From an uncultured bacterium (GTDB lineage: Bacteria > UBA8481), in assembly GCA_964499705.1 (NCBI GenBank), contig CAZCME010000006.1, positions 62,001-126,000 on the forward strand: a DNA stretch of 64,000 nt, written 5' to 3'. The notes under the pieces are model-generated. The model was not told the DNA's origin. It saw only the letters and a program-made list of their open reading frames with translations, and made no database searches. Both the position numbers and the translations under genes were made by a program. Positions 59,002 to 64,000 of this stretch are shown one piece after another; the stretch's first letter is position 1; every line of letters begins with the position of its first letter.

Positions 59002-60387
59002 TCATGTCCCGTGAATTCGATACTCTTTTCTTTTCAGAAATCCGTCGAACAATTTGCAAACGTGCCGGACGAAGAACCGGCCGAGCGGAGTGATGCTCAA
59101 CATTTCATCGGTACGCTCCACCAGGCCGTCCCGCACGAATTCGTCCAGCGACTGGATCTCATCCTTGAAATACGCCTGGAAATCGATCTCGAACGTCTGT
59201 TCGATCGACTCATACTTCAGGAAGTTGTCGCATGCGATCCGCAGGATGACTTCGCGCCGGATCAAGTCGTCCCGGTTCAACGCATAGCCCCGCTCGATGG
59301 GAGGACACTGCCCGCGTTCAACAGCCAGGTAGTATTCCGAAATGTCGTAGATGTTCTGGGAGTAAACGCCGCTGAAAATGCTCGTCGCCGACGGTCCCAC
59401 TCCGATCATGTTCTTGACCCGACCGGGAGTGAATCCGCTGAAATTCCGCCACACCGTCTTGTTCCGGAACGCCTTCCCCAGCGAATCCGTCGGCAAGGCG
59501 AAATTGTCGATGCCGACATGCTCGTAGCCGGCGTTCAAAAGGCTCTTCGTCGTCTCCATGAACATCAGTATCTTTTCCTTTTCGCTGATGATGTCGTCCT
59601 CGTTGAGCAATTTCATATGCTTCTTGATATTCGGGACATGCGCATATCGAATCAGCGTGATGCGGTCCGGCATGAACTCCTTTACCCTATCAATGGTTTC
59701 CCTGAACGTATCCCGGGTTTGAAGAGGTAATCCATACAGGATATCGAAGTTGACACTTTTGTAGATGCTCCTGATTTTCGGCGATAGCAAGGCCCGGACG
59801 TGTTCGATGGGCTGAACCCGATTGACGGCTTCCTGGACTCTCGGGTTGAAATCCTGAATGCCGAAAGAGATCCGATTGATTCCTTTCGTCGCGTAATATC
59901 CGATCGATTCCGGCGTCACGGTTCTCGGATCGATCTCCATGGCGAACTCATCCACCGATGAGATGTCCACGAGCGATTCGATATCGGCGATCAGCCGGTC
60001 GAAATCCTCATTGTCCATGTAAGAGGGAGTGCCGCCGCCCAGGTGGATTTCCCTGCAGACGGGCCGGTGCGGATGGGAGTCCATGAATCGCCTGAAGTAT
60101 CCGATTTCATCCGAAATGTTCTTCAGCGCCCTGAGCTTCAGCGCCTTGTCCCCCGTCACGCGCAGATTGCAGATGCAAAAATGGCACAACTTGACGCAAT
60201 ACGGATAATGAACATAGAGAGCATACGTATTCGGCTCGTCAGGACTCGCTTCGGAACAAAACCGGCTTAAGGCATCCTCGAATGCGCCGGGTGAAAATTC
60301 CTCCTTCCATTCGCCCAGCGGGGGATAACTGGAATAGTAGGGGCCGATGGCCTGGTATTTCTCCAGGAGCGCCTGGGTCAGGGACAT
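59002..60387 (-). CDS. hemN: HemN-like radical SAM (coproporphyrinogen dehydrogenase family)
   Basis: GP.YSSYP, LYVHYPYCVKLCHFC, HLGGGTP, EIDPR, GIQDF, RNFSGF; function may differ from true HemN. Confidence 0.75.
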   Translation of the reverse strand: MSLTQALLEKYQAIGPYYSSYPPLGEWKEEFSPGAFEDALSRFCSEASPDEPNTYALYVHYPYCVKLCHFCICNLRVTGDKALKLRALKNISDEIGYFRRFMDSHPHRPVCREIHLGGGTPSYMDNEDFDRLIADIESLVDISSVDEFAMEIDPRTVTPESIGYYATKGINRISFGIQDFNPRVQEAVNRVQPIEHVRALLSPKIRSIYKSVNFDILYGLPLQTRDTFRETIDRVKEFMPDRITLIRYAHVPNIKKHMKLLNEDDIISEKEKILMFMETTKSLLNAGYEHVGIDNFALPTDSLGKAFRNKTVWRNFSGFTPGRVKNMIGVGPSATSIFSGVYSQNIYDISEYYLAVERGQCPPIERGYALNRDDLIRREVILRIACDNFLKYESIEQTFEIDFQAYFKDEIQSLDEFVRDGLVERTDEMLSITPLGRFFVRHVCKLFDGFLKRKEYRIHGT

Positions 60388-62354
60388 CCGAGATATCCTT
60401 CCTTGATGCCGGCGAGAGCGTCATAGACCTGCCTGGCGTTTTTCGGAGGAAGATCGAACAACGGCTGCAGGTCGCATTTCTTCACGCGCTCCTGCCAGAA
60501 GTCCGATTTCCCGAGATTCTCAAGCGCATTTATGTGCTGAATTTCCGCCTCCCGGTGTTCCCCTTTCACCACATGCCCGAGGCACAGGAATAAACTGATG
60601 AGCGCATGGTCGGGATAGCTCAACTGCAGGGCTCCGACCCACTTCAGAAAATGATCCGGATTCCCTCCCGGCGACAAATTCTTATTCGAGATGTAGTTGA
60701 TGAGAAGATTAAAGGTGAACCAGATGTCGAAGACGTGATCCTTGGAGTGCAGCCGGTCACGGGGCAGTTGGAAGATCTCCTTCGGGCTCAGAAATTCCCG
60801 CTCCTTCGCGCCGAATGCATTGGACGTGGATCCGACCACCTTCTCGGGGGAGGGGATGAAATCCCGAATCGATGAGCTGTTCTTTCCGGCGTCCGGCGAT
60901 TCAGGCGCCCGCGCATTAAGAGCGCTGCCCACCTGCTCGTACTCATGGCAGCTGTCCGACGGATCGAGGTTCGTTTCCTGTATGTCCTGATAAACGGCGA
61001 TCCCGGCCCATGACAACCGCATCTCCATCGCGAAGTGAACGGTATCGAACAACTGTCCGTACGTCTCCCCGTCGAATCCGATCATGTAACATCCCACGAC
61101 AAACATGTCCGGATGCTGGTTGATCAATCGGGATACTGTTCTCAACTTGGGCAGCGTGGCCGGCTTCCTGATCTTTTTCAGCATATCCGCGTTGCCGGTT
61201 TCAATCCCGATACGAAACCCGACACAGCCGGACCTGGCCATCAGGCTGAGGATTTCCTCATCCAGAAATGCCGCGATGATGCCGATGTTGGCGGCCCATG
61301 TGATATTCAGATTCTCTTCGATGATGCGGTTCAGAATTCCGACCAGCGAGTCGCGGTTGGCGAGGAAATCCTCGTCGCACCACTCGAAATGCGTTACCCC
61401 CTTGTCTTTCACGAGAAAGCGGATTTCCTCCATCAATACGTCCGCGGGGTACTGGCACACTTCGTTGCTGCCGCGATATTGGGAAAGCCCGCAGAATGTG
61501 CAGTGCATTCGACAGCCGCGATTGAGCTGGATGCTGCCGAATTTCCTGTCGACACCGACCATTCGGGAATACGGACTCAGGCATCCCGCTCGATAATATC
61601 GATCCACGTCGACGGAATCATAGGTATGGATCAACGACTCCTGAAAGTCGACCATCTCCGCGCTTCCCGCGGACTCGCAAAGTTCCCCGCCGAAAGGGAA
61701 GCAGATTCCCGCGGTGCTGGGGATATTCCCGATGTCAAACCACACGCTCATGAAATATTTGATCCGTTCTTCCGCCTCGCCCTTGAAGACGAAGTCGCAA
61801 AGGTTTTTCGACAGAAGATTCCGCCATTCGATGGTGGGCACGGCGCCGCCGGCAAGCACCACGAAGCGGTCCTCTTCCTTCAGATGCCGCAGGACGGCGA
61901 GAAACGGATGATCCTTGCCCGCGAATATATTGGGAACAATGACTCCGGACGAAACTCCCACGATCCGTATCCCGGCATTCTCATTAAAATAGTCATCCAG
62001 GACATGCATCATCTCCGTGTTCAGATCCAGCGGCGCGCCGCGCGACCGGGATGATTTTTCCAGGAGAATCAGATTCAAATCCAGAATCCGCGATTCCACT
62101 CCGATGGTCTTCAACGAGGCGCTCAGGCACTGCAAGCCGCGCGGCGGGTAAGCATAGTAGCCGCGGTTGACGGCCGTCTCGGGTTTGAACGCGTCGAAAC
62201 TGAATGTCGGACAATGGATAAGGGCGATGGATTTCTCCGAGGGAAAGCGCTTCTTGATGGAATCGAGATGGGTCTTGAACCGGTCGTTCTCATCCCCGCT
62301 TGAACGGAAGCAATCGCCATCTAGAAGCCTCGTAGAGGTATTCACGATGATCAC
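60378..62354 (-). CDS. Cobalamin-binding radical SAM protein
   Basis: PPRGL, AGGAVPT, GEAE, NRGCRMHCTFC, GIETGN, IGFDGET. Confidence 0.9.
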   Translation of the reverse strand: MIIVNTSTRLLDGDCFRSSGDENDRFKTHLDSIKKRFPSEKSIALIHCPTFSFDAFKPETAVNRGYYAYPPRGLQCLSASLKTIGVESRILDLNLILLEKSSRSRGAPLDLNTEMMHVLDDYFNENAGIRIVGVSSGVIVPNIFAGKDHPFLAVLRHLKEEDRFVVLAGGAVPTIEWRNLLSKNLCDFVFKGEAEERIKYFMSVWFDIGNIPSTAGICFPFGGELCESAGSAEMVDFQESLIHTYDSVDVDRYYRAGCLSPYSRMVGVDRKFGSIQLNRGCRMHCTFCGLSQYRGSNEVCQYPADVLMEEIRFLVKDKGVTHFEWCDEDFLANRDSLVGILNRIIEENLNITWAANIGIIAAFLDEEILSLMARSGCVGFRIGIETGNADMLKKIRKPATLPKLRTVSRLINQHPDMFVVGCYMIGFDGETYGQLFDTVHFAMEMRLSWAGIAVYQDIQETNLDPSDSCHEYEQVGSALNARAPESPDAGKNSSSIRDFIPSPEKVVGSTSNAFGAKEREFLSPKEIFQLPRDRLHSKDHVFDIWFTFNLLINYISNKNLSPGGNPDHFLKWVGALQLSYPDHALISLFLCLGHVVKGEHREAEIQHINALENLGKSDFWQERVKKCDLQPLFDLPPKNARQVYDALAGIKEGYLGCP

Positions 62355-63073
62355 ACCTTGTACAGCTTTCTTCGCAAGCTGCGAAAAAAGATCTGCGCCA
62401 GGCTGTGAACAACGGAAAGCATGTTTTGAAATGAAAAGGCCTTGGTCTTGACGACGGTTCGGTGCTGCACCTTTGTCGGGACTTCCTCATAGCTCATGCC
62501 TTCGTTCAATAATCGAGTCACGATCTCGGCCTGATAGGCATACCCGTATGTGTCGGCATGCCACCTCATCACGTTATACCTCTTATGCAGAACAGACCCG
62601 TTGTAATATCGCAAGGAATAACCGGTGAGCGCGTTGACTATTTTCGTGTACAGGATGGAAAGCATTCGTCTCCTGGGTTCCCGTCCGTCGATTTCCAGAT
62701 AGGGAAGAATCATGTCGGCCTCGCCTCTCTTTTCGAGCACGGCCACCACGTCCTCGACGAACTCCATATTGCTTCCGCCGAAGAACTTGAAGTATTTTCC
62801 GCTTCCGATGAACGCGCAATCCGTGTAGTTCCGGGACAATCCCTTCCGCTGATCGTTCCGGATCAATCGCAGGGGCAACTCGGGATGCCGGCAGCAGTAT
62901 TGTTCAACCAGGTCCGCCGATCGGTCGGAGGAGTGGTCGTCGACCACGATGATTTCATAGGAACATCCCGCGATGCGGACAGCGGACAGGATCGTTTCGA
63001 TGGCGCCGATGATATTCAGTTCTTCGTTCAGGCAGGGGACGAAAAACGTGACTTCGATTTCATCCAATGTCAT
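62351..63073 (-). CDS. Glycosyltransferase family 2
   Basis: FFVPCLNEE.NI, IIVVDDHSSD, GYAYQAEI; start could be as far upstream as 63145. Confidence 0.88.
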   Translation of the reverse strand: MTLDEIEVTFFVPCLNEELNIIGAIETILSAVRIAGCSYEIIVVDDHSSDRSADLVEQYCCRHPELPLRLIRNDQRKGLSRNYTDCAFIGSGKYFKFFGGSNMEFVEDVVAVLEKRGEADMILPYLEIDGREPRRRMLSILYTKIVNALTGYSLRYYNGSVLHKRYNVMRWHADTYGYAYQAEIVTRLLNEGMSYEEVPTKVQHRTVVKTKAFSFQNMLSVVHSLAQIFFRSLRRKLYKV

Positions 63074-63173
63074 TGTAAACTTTCTTCCATCATCGATGAT
63101 ACTGCGAGCCGTTCGATTTTCCATCGAAAAATGGCGATAGGACAAGGGCCATGGGAAAAATGAGTGGGAGAAA

Positions 63174-63683
63174 ATGATCTACCTGATTCTGGGATTTGTG
63201 TTTTTCTGCGTCTTCGTGATCTCCCATATCTTATGCGCCCGATGCGGCCTCATGAACGTGCAACTTTCCCGGTTGTTGTTCCTTTCCATTTTCTGGCTGG
63301 TCGTTTATGCGGCGATCGTGCAACTCTTCGATGTCGCCGCCGGACCCGGCATGCGAAGCGCGCCGCTCTTGTTCACGTCCCAGGCCCTTTACTTTCTCAT
63401 CTGCCTCACCTACATCGTCGAATGCAGCCTCGTGCCTTACGGAAGCCCGTCGATGAAGATCCTGGAGTGGGTAAGCCGGCAGGCGGACGCGGAAGCCACA
63501 CACGGCCAACTGAGAGAATTCCTGGCCGGAGAGAAATTGATTCAAACCCGGCTGGAAGATCTTATAGCCGGGAGCTACATTCATTTCGACGGCGCGCGCT
63601 ATCGCCTTCAACCGCGCGGTCTCCGCATAGCCCGTCTCATGAAAGCCTACCGCGGCATTCTCAGACGCGAAGCGGGGGGATAG
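63174..63683 (+). CDS. Membrane protein with C-terminal winged-helix-like segment
   Basis: Three TMs, then SPS..IL...RLEDL..G...Y.L.PRG. Confidence 0.65.
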   Translation: MIYLILGFVFFCVFVISHILCARCGLMNVQLSRLLFLSIFWLVVYAAIVQLFDVAAGPGMRSAPLLFTSQALYFLICLTYIVECSLVPYGSPSMKILEWVSRQADAEATHGQLREFLAGEKLIQTRLEDLIAGSYIHFDGARYRLQPRGLRIARLMKAYRGILRREAGG

Positions 63684-63686
63684 AGG

Positions 63687-64000
63687 ATGCCGCGCCTGAT
63701 CGATCCTTTGGACGCCTATGTGCTCGGCACCGCCCTCGTCAGCTTCGGGCTCTTTCTGGCGGTCCACGTGGCGGTGTTTCGTTATGGGCGTCCTCGACGG
63801 ATCACGCCGCCGCTCATCGTTTCCTTTGCCGCGGGATTCCTCGCCGATGCGGGAGCGGCGCTCATGCTTGTCTTACACCCGACGGAAGCCTTCGCCTCTT
63901 ATTCGGAGGCTGCCCGGTGGCTGGGTGGTTCGGCCTCGCTGGCCGTGTATTCCCTCGTCACGATGCATTACCTCTCCTGGGTCTTCGGCATGGGAGAAGC
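63687..64000 (+). CDS. Membrane protein, 3'-truncated by window edge (possible paralogue of the preceding gene)
   Basis: ATG 3 nt after the previous stop; open hydrophobic frame MPRLIDPLDAYVLGTALVSFGLFLAVHVAVF to the end of the window. Confidence 0.6.
   Translation, partial: MPRLIDPLDAYVLGTALVSFGLFLAVHVAVFRYGRPRRITPPLIVSFAAGFLADAGAALMLVLHPTEAFASYSEAARWLGGSASLAVYSLVTMHYLSWVFGMGE

Overview
GC-rich bacterial scaffold, probably a draft or MAG assembly (two 10-N gaps), almost entirely a cell-envelope and glycan-modification region. (1) 1-711: 3' end of a sensor kinase. (2) 1.4-2.6 kb: an HTH plus nucleotidyltransferase pair bracketed by a 40-bp direct repeat that copies the 3' end of the neighbouring GNAT gene. 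(3) 2.5-12.6 kb: a polysaccharide-tailoring block (GNAT, methyltransferase, Wzx flippase, D-Asp-ligase-like ATP-grasp, HIT, GT4) next to a translationally coupled operon of cytidylyltransferase, Asp/Glu racemase, PLP enzyme and a divergent PEP mutase, with no phosphonopyruvate decarboxylase. This suggests D-phosphonoalanine decoration of a glycan. (4) 13.9-22.2 kb: radical SAM, epimerase, ArnT-type GT-C, GT4, GT2 and YdjC deacetylase. (5) 22.2-39.5 kb: a duplicated, permuted four-gene module (Flp-prepilin-like protein with acidic tail, two TPR types, a TM-VPxP protein). It has three sigma-54 promoters, enhancer-like repeats and its own PilS/PilR-like two-component system. The two copies bracket a 1278-aa membrane/spermidine-synthase-like/metallo-lactonase fusion. 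(6) A probably leaderless vapBC-type TA pair. (7) 40-64 kb: an apparently less GC-rich nucleotide-sugar island with three B12 radical SAMs, a HemN-like protein, HldE/GmhA-like enzymes, NDP-sugar epimerases/dehydratases, a DegT aminotransferase and two acetolactate-synthase-like ThDP enzymes. No rRNA, tRNA, CRISPR array, integrase or transposase was recognised. All family calls are from motif recognition by eye, without database searches.
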